Source of the DNA: Vicugna vicugna
Taxonomy: Eukaryota
Direction: 5' to 3'
Length of the DNA stretch: 64,000 bases
NCBI GenBank assembly: GCA_013265495.1
Contig: MU058257.1
Span: forward strand, 1,567,262-1,631,261
Position numbers and translations under genes: made by a program. This document shows positions 1 through 13,429 of the stretch, piece after piece; positions within the stretch are counted from its first letter, which is position 1, and each line of letters opens with the position of its first letter. The notes below the pieces were generated by a model that searched no databases, was not told where the DNA came from, and worked only from the letters and a program-made list of their open reading frames with translations.

Positions 1-345
1 AGTTCGGTGAGAGTGACTGAAATACGCTGTGCTCTCTGAGACAGCCGAGCACCGATGCAAGGTGACTTCTATCTTTTTCACCTTACTTTTGATATTTTCC
101 TCCAGTTTTGTTTTAATCATATAAGTTTTCAATTTCACACAGTAACTAATAAAATGCATTTTAGTGAATGTATCATTCCAAATTTTTCAGAAACCATTTT
201 TAATAATTTAGTATTTCATCAACTCACTTATCATGGGACATTTTAAAACTCCAGAATTATGGGTTTCTAAATAAAAACACTTCATTATTTAGGATTATTT
301 TCTGTGAAGAAAGAACAAAAATGTTTCAAAAGACATGATCATTTT

Positions 346-498
346 ATTTTTTTTTGTTTTTTGAGGTTTTTTGTGGGGGGAAGGGGAGGTAATTAGGCTT
401 ATTTATGTATTTATTTTTAGAGGAGGTACTGGGGATTGAACCCAGGACCTCATGCATGCCAAGTATGCACTCTGTCACTTGAGTTATACCCTCCCCCC
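346..498 (-). mobile_element. tRNA-derived SINE (camelid Vic-1-like) with TSD
   Basis: Minus strand GGGGAGGGTATAACTCAAGTGACAGAG...GGGTTCAATCCCCAGTACCTCC (A and B boxes), AT-rich tail, TSD GACATGATCA(T/C)TTT at 332-345 and 499-512. Confidence 0.9.
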
Positions 499-994
499 GA
501 CATGATCACTTTGAAGGTACTTAGTTCCAGATTACTTTCTAAAAGGACCAAACCACTCGGTATCACTGCTGGCCTCATATCAAACCACCCATTTCACGGT
601 TTTCCTTTTCTGTCTCGGGAAACACTCTCCATCAGATTCTTCCATCCATACTTGCCTTGAGGACAGACAGGATCTCTCTCAAGCACAGGGCAGGCACCCT
701 TACCACCCAACACAAAGACCCAGGTCTCCTACCCTGGTGCTCCTCTCCCACAACAACCCACAGATCACGCAGCCTCCATCTGGGCCCCTGGGCAACGCTG
801 CCATGGCCCAGGGGTCGGGGGCTGAACTGCGCAGCTGAACGGGCCGACGTGGTGCTTAAAGCAACGGTCTTTCCTCTCTGACCCAGGGGTCCCCTGTCTT
901 CCCGTCAGAGTCCACGGGTCCTCGGCAGGCTGGCTTGTTAGCTGCAGCTAGGATGAAATCCTAAACCCTCTCAGTCCTTGACTGGCTGCCCTGT

Positions 995-1100
995 CACACT
1001 CTCTCTCACACACACAGACACTCAAACACACTAACACACTGACTCACACTCACACACACACTCACTCACACATTCACACACACACTCACAACCACACACG
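995..1100. repeat. Degenerate (CA)/(CT) simple repeat
   Basis: cacacacagacactcaaacacactaacacactgactcacactcacacacac... Confidence 0.85.
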
Positions 1101-1160
1101 CCCCGTAGCTAATCTGACCAGCGGGAAGTCACACTGCTATTCTATTTGAATTCAAGATTT

Positions 1161-1267
1161 CTTAAAAAAAAAAAAAAAAAGACACAAATGAACTTATCTA
1201 CGGAACAGAAACAGACTTACAGACAGAGAGAACAAACTTATGGTTACCGGGGTAAAGAGGGTGGGAA
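1161..1267 (+). mobile_element. L1 3' UTR internal fragment
   Basis: A-tract plus gacacaaatgaacttat...aacaaacttatggttaccgggg matches the 3' UTR of the L1 at about 35835-35930 in this window. Confidence 0.8.
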
Positions 1268-1290
1268 TTCCAACTGACAAATGAATTAGT

Positions 1291-1722
1291 GATCTCCTCA
1301 ACTTACGATGGGGTTATGTCCCAATAAATCCACAGAAAGTCAAAAACGTAAGTCGAAAACGCATCTAATACACCTAAACTATCGAACATCACAGCTCAGC
1401 CTGGCTTGCCTTCAGTGAGCTCAGAACACTCATATTAGCCCACAGTTGGGGCTAACACAAAGCCTGTTTTATAATAAAGTGCGGGACATCTCACGTTATT
1501 TACTGACCACTGTGCTGGAGTGAAGAGCAGAGAGGCTGTCAGACACCGGCTGCTCAGCCTGCGATCGCAGGGCTGACCGCAGGCTGCGACTCCCGGCCCC
1601 TCCCTGCCCAGCGTCACGAGAGAGGACTCAGACCCACACCACCAGCCCAGGAAGAGACCCAACTTCAAAGTTCCAAGTGAGGTTCCTCACGGATGCGCAT
1701 CGAACCATCGTAAGTCGGGAAC
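1291..1722 (+). mobile_element. MER47-like (Tigger/TcMar) non-autonomous DNA transposon
   Basis: Terminal inverted repeats caacttacgatgg (~1299-1311) and ccatcgtaagtcg (1705-1717). Internal ctcagaacact...ctaacacaaagcct-ttttataataaagtg resembles the recalled MER47 consensus. Confidence 0.8.
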
Positions 1723-3888
1723 AACCAACACATTTCTAACAACTGCCCCCATGACGCCAACAGCAGAGGACCCTCCTCATCTGAAGCTGTGCGTGGCTCA
1801 CTGCAAACAGTGTGCGGCTATGAACGAACTGGAGTGGCTGCAGGTGACCCGCACCGGAGCTCTGCGACCTTATGCTCCTCATGTCAAGGTGGCTGGGCTG
1901 AGGCTGTGAAACGATTTTTACTTCCCGAGCCACAATGACCACGTTCAGACAAGACTGAACTTACTCCGCTGTCTTAGAGAAAATGACAAGAATCTGGATT
2001 ACACACAACTCCCCTTTCCCCACGTTTTTCGGAAAAATTTCCAACCTCCAGAAACCTGAATAAACACTCAACGTGCCCACCCCCGAAAGTCACTTAGTTG
2101 CTACCATTGTGTTTTCTCTCGTGTATCTCATTTTTAAACCACTGACATGAGGTTACCGTAGATATTCTTAAGGTGACCTGAGGATAATGAATTATTCTTA
2201 AAAACAGAAAGTGGAATCCAATTGTCTAGGCTCACTTTCAATTTGGAGAAAATTTTCCTAAGAAAATGATGAGTGTACACCTTGACGGTTTTCAGTTACC
2301 AGATGCACTTATTTCTGTCCAGCTTTGCTGATGTTTTCAACTTCCCCTCCCCCCACCCCCAGAAAAAGGGGAGAGGGAGAAGGAGAACTCAAGGTAAAAC
2401 TACAAAAGATGAGAAATGTAGGCGGTGAGATTTCACCAGTGCTTTCCCATGTAGTACAAATGAAAACACCCTCGGTTTGACAGATCACAATGCAGTTTTA
2501 TGAACGTTTCCACAGAGGGAAAGGACCAGGGACCAACCCAGAAAGGGTCTGGTTTCCAAAAATGTCGGGGGAAAGCAGCAAGGTGAGACTAAAAGCAAAT
2601 TTAGAGAATGTATAACTCTGCATAGTAAACGCATACTTACAAAGGTGTCTCTCACGTCTATGAAAGTAAACCCATGTCACAACTGCACACTTTCAAAGAT
2701 CTCAATGCACTAATCCCTCCCCCAAAAAGTGTAACTCTACGTGCTGGATGGAATGAACGATAAATTTTGAGATTTTACAAGTAAATTTTTAGATGTTTAT
2801 CATGAAATCTTCAAGACAGTAAAGCACCGCGGTTGGTGATCACCCACGCTTTAATTTGGACATTCTCCACGTTCCTGGGGTGAACGGGAAGTGACTGCTG
2901 TTCCCCTGGACTTAACCTTTTGTCTCATAAATGAGAGCAAATAAATCAGCGGTCCATTTAAACATCCATGATTTATCTGTTTAGAAATCTTTAATTTACC
3001 AGTGTTTACGGAGCGATGACCCTCGAATCACGGCCCTGGACACAAGGACACTTAATCTGGTCCTGTTCCATTTGCAGAGGGCAGGTGGTCCCAATCCTGT
3101 CCTCTGGGAATGTCCTGAACATTTTAATAAAAGACACTGTACATTTATAAACCTGAGTATTTTTAAAAGGGTAATTTTTAAATATTGAAACATTAATTTA
3201 AAATTGATCACCAAGTAAATTTTAAAGAAGATGTCGAGTGTTGAGGGAAGAACTGGGAAGAGGGAGCAGAAAGAAACGTCACCTGAATCAAGGGAAGCCA
3301 ACCCACCTCCGCTCTGGAGCGTGCTTGTCTCTTTAGTCGCTGTCAACATCATAGGGGGTGTTTCCCCATCCTCACGTCGTCTCATAAAGGACCACACTGG
3401 TGCTGGAGCGCACACACTAAAACATGGAGGCCCCCTGTCATCTCTGCAGTCCAAGTCCCTCTTTAGACTTTGGAAAAGAGTCCTCCAATTTCCTCTCTGT
3501 CACTGTGCATCCAGGGTGTGCCTGTATCCTCAGGTATAATTTTTATTGAATATACTGTGTGTTCAATAAAACATGTAGTATGTTTTCACTGAAACATGTT
3601 ATGTTTTCTCCGTAAAACTTAACATGTCTTGGGAATGTTCCAATACTTACATGGATATTTCTACCTCAATTAGTTTAATGGCTGAAGCGGCTCCCACAGC
3701 ACAAACACATAATGACTGAAAAAGCTACTCCGTCATTAACAGACAACAGTAGCTTGTTTCTAGTATTGTTTACAACCGTCACGATTAACATACTTATCCC
3801 TGTGCAAACATTGCTCTGTAGGTAACACTCCCATCAGTCCAGTTTTGAAATCAAAGACGTATTTTGTCAAATTCACTTTCGGAAAGTG

Positions 3889-4157
3889 GTATCGGTCTTT
3901 CTCTGTTCGACAGATTTCACTTAGCGTAACACCCACAAGGTACATTCATGTGGTTGCAAATGTCGAGATTTCCTTCTTTATATGGCTGAACAATACTCCA
4001 TTGTGTGTGGGCGTGTGTGTGTGGTGTGCACACACACATCTGTATACAGTCACCTATCATGAACACTTCATCTGTTTTCATGGTCTCAGCTGCTCTAAAT
4101 GATGCTTCAATGAACACGGGGGCGCAGATATCTTTTCAAGTTAATGTTTTCATTTCT
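3889..4157 (-). mobile_element. L1 fragment (ORF2 end/3' UTR junction)
   Basis: atttcacttagcgtaac...cattcatgtggttgcaaatg...tatggctgaacaatactccattgtg is typical antisense L1 3' region. Confidence 0.75.
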
Positions 4158-4339
4158 GTGTTTTTTAAATTCAATTAATGAGCATGCGAATCACCACGCC
4201 TTGGGGTGGATGCTGGGTGCGATCTAATCAAGTGAGAACCTGACAAAACCATGGGTCCTTTTCCTGGGGACAAGCTCATACATTTTTTAAAGTCTCTTCC
4301 TTATGAATCCAGGGAGGTCTCACCCGTCTGGCCACTTAC

Positions 4340-4730
4340 TTGTTCAATGACTGGATGCCTCTGATGGGCCAGGCACTGTCCCAGGCACTGGGGACAAATG
4401 AGGGAACACAGCAGGCAATACTGCTGCCCTCCTGAAGCTTACGTGCTAACAGGCAGGAACCGAAAATTTACAATAAATGTAATAAATAAGCAAATTATAT
4501 GTATTTAAGAAAGTGCTATTAAAACCAGGCTGCAGTCAGGGCAAGTGGGAATGAAGGAGGTGGGGAAAGGAGCAACCGAGAGCTGTCCCTGGGGTTAGGG
4601 AAGGTCTTGGTGAAAAGGTGAAAGCTGAGCACGGATTTGAAGGACCGAGACAGTTAAGCAAGCCTGGGAGAGCCTTCCAGGCAGAGGACCAGAGGAAAGG
4701 ACTTAAGAAAGCCTGTGCGGTTGAGGAACA
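4340..4730 (-). mobile_element. L2 3' fragment
   Basis: ccaggcactgtcccaggcactggggaca...ctgccctcctgaagcttac...ttccaggcagagg, characteristic antisense L2 3' end. Confidence 0.7.
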
Positions 4731-4837
4731 AATCTCAGACTTCCCAAAACTCACCCAGGGCCGCGTGCCCCAGCCCTGGTAACCTCCATCTGCGGAGAAG
4801 CTTCCTTTGTCCACGTGGTTATAGTAAACGAGATCAT

Positions 4838-5010
4838 GGCATGGACTTCAGATCTAGGAGGACCTAGACTTGAATGCAAATTGCCCTGCTCCCTGTGGGA
4901 CTTTCAGCAAGTCACAGGACTTTCAAGGCTCGTTTCTCATCCAGGAAATGGGGATAATAATACTAAACTCATTGGTCCTGTATAAGGAAAACATAGGAAG
5001 AGCTTAGCCC
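4838..5010 (+). mobile_element. MIR SINE
   Basis: MIR-core-like gcaagtcac...tttctcatccaggaaatggggataataatac. Confidence 0.65.
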
Positions 5011-5029
5011 TGGGGGTTAAAACAGACTG

Positions 5030-5260
5030 AGTACAGTCAAAAATACTGTATTATAAACATGAAAGTTGCTAAGAAATTATATCTTAATTGTTCTCACCAC
5101 AAAAAAAGAAAAGGTGACTGCGTGACACGTATGGAGGTACTAACACCACGGTGGTAACCGTGCCACCGAACATAAATGTGTCAAGTCAGCACTTTGCACA
5201 AGTTAAACTTATGCAGCGTCATATGCCAATTATTTCTCAATGAAAAATAAATAAAATGAA
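5030..5260 (+). mobile_element. Old L1 (L1MA/MB-like) 3' end
   Basis: aatactgtattataaacatgaaagttgctaaga...ttctcaccacaaaaaaag...atgccaattatttctcaatgaaaaataa. Confidence 0.7.
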
Positions 5261-5369
5261 CACGCTCTTAAGTTTAAAAAGAAAAGTTTAGCATAGTAAA
5301 ATTCAAGAAATGGTGTATCTTGTAATCATTATTAAACAAAAATTACCCTAACTAAATACAACACAGACG

Positions 5370-5372
<3 letters not shown>

Positions 5373-5428
<56 letters not shown>
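5373..5428. repeat. (AC)28 microsatellite
   Basis: Perfect dinucleotide run. Confidence 0.97.
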
Positions 5429-5430
<2 letters not shown>

Positions 5431-6325
5431 ACTCTTGGGGTCAAAAGAAAAAAAAAGCTGGCCTATGTTTTTGTTATTAAAATTGTTTCTATGAGAACTG
5501 AAGTATTAAGACATTAAATTATGTAATAATCACCACAGTTTTCCAGACCGCCTTAAAATCCCAATGAATTTTTTTAATTCACAGAATTATTATTACAGTT
5601 CAAATATGAACAACCTGGCAAATTTATAATCCCAAGAGAAACTGAAAAGAACCATGAAACTCTTGGCCCAGTTTTTATTTTCTTATTCACAAGAAGTCCC
5701 TAAGCAATATTATTTTAGCAAAAAGCAGCTCACCACACACTGAAGATTAACTCTTAAATTACCTCTTATACTGAAGCCCACATGTATTTCTGTATCTGAA
5801 GTGTTACAGACCATCAGACGCGGTGACGTACACATTAACATCTTCCCTAAAAGTGGAAAAACAACAGAAGAAGGAAGCTAACATTTGATGGCAAAGAGCT
5901 TCATTATGCAGAGTGACGCATGCCGGGCAAACAACAAATAGCCACGTCATCCTTTCCACCAAACATCGCAAGTTCCTTAGCATGAACAGAGAGTTTCATA
6001 GTTAGAATCCGTGGGAATAAGAATCCGGCCCAATGTTATTTAATATACTCACAGTCATCTACTGGAAGAAATAGAACTAGATATATTCCAGTAACACAAA
6101 CCCAGTTAGAGGTCAGTAGAAACCAGAAGGGCTTTTGAAAGTCTCCAGAAGGAACTAACCAAATATGAAGGATGATGAAATTTGGCTTATTAACGCGAGG
6201 TAATCAGGGTTCCCTTTAACTTTAAATTTTAAGCAAATAGCGCTTTCCCAACGAGCAGTGACTTCCTCATGTCAGAAGACACCTAGGCAACAACCTGCCC
6301 ATCAGTCAAAAAAAAAACAAAGCAC

Positions 6326-7666
6326 AGAACTAGAACAAATCATAATAAAATTTATATGGAACCATCAAAGACCTAGAATTGCCAAAGCATTACTGAAGAG
6401 AAAGAAAGAGGCTGGAGGAATAACTCTCCCAGACTTCAGACAATACTATAGAGCTACAGTCATCAAGACAGCATGGTATTGGTACCAAAACAGACATATG
6501 GACCAATGGAACAGAATAGAGAGCCCAGAAATGAACCCACAAACCTTTGGTCAACTCATCTTCGACAAAGGAGGCAAGAATATACAATGGAATAAAGACA
6601 GTCTCTTCAGCAAATGGTGTTGGGAAAACTGGACAGCAGCATGTAAAACAATGAAGCTAGAACACACCCTTACACCATATACAAAAATCAACTCAAAATG
6701 GATTAAAGACTTAAACATAAGACAAGATACAATAAACCTCCTAGAGGAAAACATAGGCAAAACATTATCNNNNNNNNNNNNNNNNNNNNNNNNNNNNNNN
6801 NNNNNNNNNNNNNNNNNNNNNNNNNNNNNNNNNNNNNNNNNNNNNNNNNNNNNNNNNNNNNNNNNNNNNNNNNNNNNNNNNNNNNNNNNNNNNNNNNNNN
6901 NNNNNNNNNNNNNNNNNNNNNNNNNNNNNNNNNNNNNNNNNNNNNNNNNNNNNNNNNNNNNNNNNNNNNNNNNNNNNNNNNNNNNNNNNNNNNNNNNNNN
7001 NNNNNNNNNNNNNNNNNNNNNNNNNNNNNNNNNNNNNNNNNNNNNNNNNNNNNNNNNNNNNNNNNNNNNNNNNNNNNNNNNNNNNNNNNNNNNNNNNNNN
7101 NNNNNNNNNNNNNNNNNNNNNNNNNNNNNNNNNNNNNNNNNNNNNNNNNNNNNNNNNNNNNNNNNNNNNNNNNNNNNNNNNNNNNNNNNNNNNNNNNNNN
7201 NNNNNNNNNNNNNNNNNNNNNNNNNNNNNNNNNNNNNNNNNNNNNNNNNNNNNNNNNNNNNNNNNNNNNNNNNNNNNNNNNNNNNNNNNNNNNNNNNNNN
7301 NNNNNNNNNNNNNNNNNNNNNNNNNNNNNNNNNNNNACAAACACAAACAAACAAACAAAAACAAAGCATAAATACAGGACAGAAATAGACTCATGGACAG
7401 AGAATACAGACTTGTGGTTACCAGGGGGGTGGAGGGTGGGAAGGGATAGACTGGGATTTCAAAATTGTAGAATAGATAAACAAGATTACACTGTATAGCA
7501 CAGGGAAATATACACAAAATGTTATGATAAATCACAGAGAAAAAAATGTGACAATGAGTGTGTACATGTCCATGAATGACTGAAAAATTGTGCTGAACAC
7601 TGGAATTTGACACAACATTGTAAAATGATTATAAATCAATAAAAAATGTTAAAAAAAAAGAAAAAG
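6326..7666 (+). mobile_element. Young 5'-truncated L1 with 16-bp TSD, interrupted by an assembly gap
   Basis: Open ORF2 segment [21 protein letters not shown]...[23 protein letters not shown]...ENIGKTL, then 3' UTR, AATAAA and A-rich tail. Perfect TSD AAAAAAAACAAAGCAC at 6310-6325 and 7667-7682. Confidence 0.95.
6770..7336. other. Assembly gap (567 N)
   Basis: Run of N. Confidence 1.
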
Positions 7667-7804
7667 AAAAAAAACAAAGCACCTTCCTCCTGTTTCTCTC
7701 AGTTTTTCATGTTTTATCCCTCCCATTTATTCAACACCCTGGAAATCGGGGGCCCGTCCCTTCGTTCTTCTGGAATTGCTGTGAGCCACTTTTAATGCCT
7801 CAAT

Positions 7805-7960
7805 CACAGAAAATCACATCTTGATTATTACCAAGACCAATGGATTCTACCTCCTAATATTTATTAAATTTACTCTTATCTTCCCTGCAACAGCACGGGT
7901 TTAGGAAATCCTTCTATCCTCCTATTAATGGGGCTTTCTCTTCTCAAATCCATGTTCTAT
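7805..7960 (+). mobile_element. L2 fragment
   Basis: accaagaccaatggattctacctcctaatat resembles an L2 3' region motif. Confidence 0.45.
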
Positions 7961-8529
7961 GTTCTTTAATGGTGAAAGAAACATGTATGTTTGAGTCAGT
8001 GTGACAGACCAGACCCCTCTTCTCCATCACCAACATTTTCTTTGCATAATATGTGTTTGAACCCAATGTAAAGTCTAACATCCGTCTTGTCCACACACGG
8101 ACACTAGACGCCCATCACCAGATTTCTCACCAACAAAAATTCTCCCAATTGTCACGTTTCTGTGAGCTGTCTCCACCAGGGAACCACCACAACCTCTCAA
8201 GACCAAAGTGAACACCATCTAATTATCCAAAGCAGCCGTGGCGTTCTGGGGTGGCGTCCCAGAGTATCCGTGCAACTGTCACATCCACGGTAACACTCAC
8301 GTGGTGCCTTTCCCCACCTCTGCCACTGCAGCCCAGGTGCACGATGGTTCCAGTCCTCTGCCGACCCAGGAGTTCGTAAGGTGTCCGAGAGCAAGGGTGG
8401 AATTACTCTGGTCAGTACTGAGCACCGATGCCTACAGTCAATGCTACAAAATTATTTAAGTGAACTAAAACAAAGGGGCAAATTTAGCATTGTATTTTCT
8501 TTTCTTTAAAGGGACTGAGACAATCCCTT

Positions 8530-8633
8530 TATTCTGGTGGGTGGAGAGTGTGGTTAGGTTTATTTATCTATTTCTTTTAATGGGGGTACTCGGTGCCTTG
8601 GATAGCCTAAGCACGCACTCTACCCTCTCCTCC
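8530..8633 (-). mobile_element. Degenerate, internally deleted Vic-1-like SINE
   Basis: ttaggtttatttatctatttcttttaatgggggtact...ctaagcacgcactctacc aligns with the SINE at 346-498 but lacks the B-box segment. Confidence 0.65.
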
Positions 8634-8952
8634 AAAATTACATTTTCAGTTGCAGAACAAACCTGGCTTAAAGATTCCTGTTGTTCAAATGCATGCCCCT
8701 CTTTGCAAATGCACCCCCTGCCCACAGAATTAAGAAGGTGGGAGGCCCCCAGTGAGTTCTAGGTTAGGCCCAGCCATAGCCATGCTGGGGAGCAGGATGA
8801 GAGTGATCGGGCCTCATAGAGATTAGGAGGTGGGGAGGCAACGGCTCGGCACGGGAAGGAAGAAACAGATACCCAACACGGAAATACCCCACAGTGACAC
8901 ACGGAAGACGGGAGAGGGGGCAGGGCTGGAACGTGCTACTGCAACCAGAGAA

Positions 8953-8955
<3 letters not shown>

Positions 8956-9015
<60 letters not shown>
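8956..9015. repeat. (GA)30 microsatellite
   Basis: Perfect dinucleotide run. Confidence 0.97.
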
Positions 9016-9017
<2 letters not shown>

Positions 9018-10539
9018 AAGGCCCCCGCAAGGTGGGCAACTCCGCTAACATAACCTCAGGCAACAACACCACCCCCTGTGTACCTCCACGGCTCCCCAGC
9101 ATCAAGCCCAGAAGCCTGACTAAGGAGGAACCTCTTCCCACTCCCCTGCCCCCATTAACATGAAATGTTTACATCAGTGTGACTTACAAGACTGCCCTCA
9201 GGGCCTAGTAAGATGAGAGACAATTGCCTTCATTTCAAACAGTTAAGTCTGGAAGAGAAGGACAGATGTGTACAAATAAATTCTTCAAAATAAAGATGAA
9301 GGCGAAGAGACCCCTCAGGGTGGGGATGGAGGAAGGAGACCGCCAGGCAGAAGGGCCCAAGGCCCAGGAGCCGGAGTCCAGTCAGAGGGACGAAAGGACC
9401 AGGCAAGGGGACAGAGCAGCAGCTCTGATCCAAGCCACTGGTCGGGGAGCGGGAGCAAGAATTGGTCCCTTCTACGTTATCAGCCAAGGGAAACCATGCA
9501 GAAACATTGCAACTAAATGATTTCCCACACACGGTAACCATGCAAACGCCAACGAAAATCTGCTAGCAAAGCCGGATGCTGCACCAAAGCGAAGAGAGGT
9601 GGCCCGGGCTGGAAGGGGTAAGGGAGAGAGCTCACAGTAAACGAATTCTCTAGAAACCAATGGGCATACATGAAAACTTTACTTTAGAAGGTACCATCTT
9701 GGAATAGAGTAAAATGCCTCTACAGGGAGCCTAATTAGTAAAGATTCTAAGCGGACTTGAAATAGGAAATACCATAAAACTAAGTCCTTTGTGTTTCAGA
9801 GCCAAAAGTATTTACAGCACAGAACCTGAGAAAGACCACGAGTTTGAATGAGGAGAAAAAGAAACAGGAAATCTCAGAAGTGGGGAGAGCAAACTTTTAT
9901 GTCTTATGGGCTGCTAACTGGAATATATTCATGAAATGAGGCTCTGGTTATGTTTACTTCATCTGGATACCTCTTTAAATTTAAATAAAAGATCAACCCA
10001 GATGAGATGCATTACAGCCGCAAATGAATAAAAATGCTTACAAGTAAATAAAAATCTGTTGTACGTACAGGAAAGATGCGTAGCCGGGGGGGTGGTACTT
10101 TTTAGTAAGATATTAGGAAACATCTTACGGGAAGTGTTTACAGTTTCAGTACAACCAGAAAGATAGGCTGGCTGTATATCCTGGCTACAGTGTTTTTAAT
10201 TATCAAAGGGTTTTAACCATACGTGTATGAAAGAACAGCCACCTACCTCATGTGAAAACCACAGAGAACGTGGACTAAATACTGTAAATTTGTTTCAAAT
10301 AAAAATAATAATCTAGAATGTCTGAACGTAGAATAGACTGTTGTCTGTTGTCTAAATGTAATTTGCTTACAATTCTGTCCCACTAGGTCTCACGAGTAAG
10401 GAGAAGCAGCAAGGTGGGCTCCTAACGACAGAACACGTCTGCTGAACCTTTAGAGAAACCACTGGGGCGGGCCGGGCGGCAGAGCCACAGTCAATTTTAT
10501 ATTAGATTTTGAATAAATAGCACCTTACATCATTTAAAA

Positions 10540-10830
10540 AACATTCATTGAATAGTGAGCTACATTATTTTACTAAAGTCCATGAGGTGAGTTCTACTAT
10601 CTACCATTTTACAAAAAACGACATTTTTTAAGAGACAAATCAATGTGATCACATCAGAGAGCTAAAGCCAGAAATCTAACTTTTTCTGGGTCAAGAGCAT
10701 AAGTTGTTAACCCCCGTGGTAAGGACATTAAAGCTTCTGGACAACTGTATTAGCAAGAAAGAGGTAATTTCCCCGAATGTCCAGATAAGGAAACGGCCAC
10801 TCAGAGCGTTCAGGCTAGTAAGTCCCTTGG
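10540..10830 (-). mobile_element. Two degraded MIR fragments
   Basis: catgaggtgagttctactatctaccattttaca... and ccccgaatgtccagataaggaaac...ctcagag resemble the antisense MIR core. Confidence 0.5.
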
Positions 10831-11479
10831 GCGGGGATCACATCTGCGTCTCCAAACGGTGGGGGCGTGCCACCCCCCCCCCCGCAGGGGCGGCACGAGA
10901 ACATCTCCGACTCAAAAGCAAGAAACATTAACACCTAAAGTTATGTGTTAAAAAAGATGAGTTGGTATTTTGTGGAAAGACTGTGAACTGCAATCAATGA
11001 TTTGGGTTTCCTCAAAATTTTATCAGACTCCCGGTTTTCCAGAGGGACTTCTGGAACATTAGTTTAAATTAAGTGACTGCTTCAATCCAGGTTCTGCCCC
11101 CGCAGGAAGTTAGAGACTAGGCAGCTTATTCAAGACTCCAGTTAAGAGGCCTGGACTCGGACCCAGTCTTGGTCCTCTCCCAGCTCCCGCCGCTCCAGTC
11201 TCAATCAAGCCCAGGGACGTCTCACAGCAAGCTTCACAAACACAGACGATCAAAGACTGAACCAAGTAATCAATGGACACAACACTGACTCAGAGCCCGG
11301 GGGGACCTCTGAGGCAAAGGAATAGAATACTTATTTAAAAGGAAGAAACAGAAGTCCGACAGAGCACAGGAGATGAAGCCTAAAAAAGCTAAATTGGATT
11401 TTGGATTACAGAGTATACAGAATTCCAAGTTAATGAGTCTAATTTTAAATCAGTGCAGGAGGGAGTCTTTTTCATGCTT

Positions 11480-12220
11480 TTCAACTTGGAGCTGATGCGA
11501 TACAAAGGGTGATTTGAAAGATTAAGCAGGTAGGAACACACAGAGTTGACCAAAGAAGGCACAGATGGCAGAGGGAAGCAAGCATGACATCAGTCCAGTC
11601 ACAGGGAGCGCGGCTGGAATGAGGGCAGGTGCTAAGAAGGCAAAAAGCTCCGTGCACGTGCCAAAGAAATGTGGGACACGTAGCACCTGGCCAGAGAGCA
11701 AACACGAAGCAACAGGAAGAAGAGAAAGAAACAAAGTAAGTTTGAAACCTGGGAGGCTCAGGGCAAAACTACAAGAAGTAAGAACATGGTTGACAATTAT
11801 TGAGTTTTTAGGTCTAGGAAACATTTGGAAATTAACTATAGACAATTTCACGGGGGTGAGGTCATTTTGGCGCACAGAGCTGCGAGGTGTTACGCAGCTG
11901 GATGGAGAGTCAAGTCCAGAACAAGGGGTTTCAACCCACACTGCCCTTTAAACGAGGGGTCACTTCGCCTCTGCCTGGGAGAAGGCGTCAAAATAGTTCA
12001 AAGACGTCAACACAGAAGAAGTCAACTAGTTTATTTGTGGGCAACGCGAGGCTGGAGGGACGGGAACAGAAACTTAAAGTCACAGCAGGGAGGAGCACAC
12101 AGGCAGAGCAGAAGAAAGAGATTTCTGCAAATAATACGAGCAATGAGCTTAGAGACAGAATGTCAGAGAAGCAAGAGGAAGGTTTTCCAAGCATGCAACA
12201 GACTGAAACACACTGAATAA
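11480..12220 (-). mobile_element. Probable degraded L2
   Basis: Purine-rich tract with L2-like motifs (gatttgaaagattaagcagg, ggcagagggaagcaagcatg). Boundaries uncertain. Confidence 0.35.
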
Positions 12221-13429
12221 CAGCAGAAGGGGAAATGTGCGTGTACCACGAAGACATCTCCACCACCAATAAAAATCCCCTGCATGTTTTACCATTTCCA
12301 ATATATTTAATAAGACATGGGGTTGGTCTATTTATAAAAATCCACAAAGTAAACAACACAAGTTAGTTAAATAATCATGTGTGCACTAACACAACGTGAG
12401 CCCTACTCAAAAGCGAAATTTAAAAAATTCAGTCATTACACTGAGCCACAGAAAACACATCAAATCACTGCCTAAGTCAAGTCCAATATCAGACAACTAA
12501 ATTAGCAGAAAGTTTAACACATAACTCAGTGGAAAAAATCTTTGTAAAATAACAAACATTATTTTTATTTGAATTGAGACCTATTTTCCTTGGCCAGTCT
12601 ACAAAAATATGTTTCTCTTTCTATGAGTTCAGGACATTAATGCCAAAATCTCAGCCAAGGGTTTATGAAAGTATTGCTGAATTGGGTCTGTTTATGATTA
12701 AAATACAAAGTTCTCAGGAAAATTAGTCCCTCCAGGGATGTAAAGTATGAGTGACTCCGAAAGCCTAGATTTCTGCTGATAGAATCTAGCTTTCCTTGCC
12801 CTCCCCTCCAACTTTCTCCAGTTTAATCCAGAAGAGATTTTTGAAAAGCTAAACATTAAATGTGAGAAAAGATATACTACCTACGGAAGAATATATATTT
12901 TTATCAGAATGTTTGCTATAAAAACGTTTTTAAGAGGACGGTTTTAGGTACACAAATTACAAGCAGAGGGCCCTTTACAAGGACAGATTCAAGGTGCAGA
13001 AGGTCCACTCAGATGCAACCGCTGTGAGGGAGACGAAAGCCACCAGGAGTTTAGTCACGCTTCCCTCAAAAGCCAATACAGACAAAGCCCTGAGAAACAG
13101 AAACGGGCCACATGCTCAGTACAGAAGAAACACGGTAAGTGCTGGGATTGAAAGAGAGAGACTGGGAAACTGCCGCGTGCTCCTGACTTCGGTTTTGGCA
13201 GGAGCAGGTGGGGGCGTCTCCAGCAGGGGCGACTTCCGAGCTGTGACCAGGAGGAGAGGACTGAGGAAGAGGAAGGGGACAGTTGCCCGGAATGCTTGGA
13301 AGGCCAGAAGCGCAAGAGCAGGAGGGATCTGAACCCGGAGGAGTCCAGGGGATTGGCAGGGCGGGAGAAGCCAGTGAGGGGCCGGCAAGAAGACCCCCAC
13401 ACACAACAGGAACACCAGCATCCAAGCTG

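Noticed and set aside
6258..7613. Long ORFs of 215-376 aa
   Set aside because: Artefacts of reading through the N gap; the real part is a truncated L1 ORF2 fragment.
8764..9163. ORFs with ERERER or SLSLSL tracts
   Set aside because: Translation of the (GA)n microsatellite.
11481..12359. Cluster of overlapping 100-140 aa ORFs on both strands
   Set aside because: No recognisable protein similarity; lies in a purine-rich probable L2 remnant.
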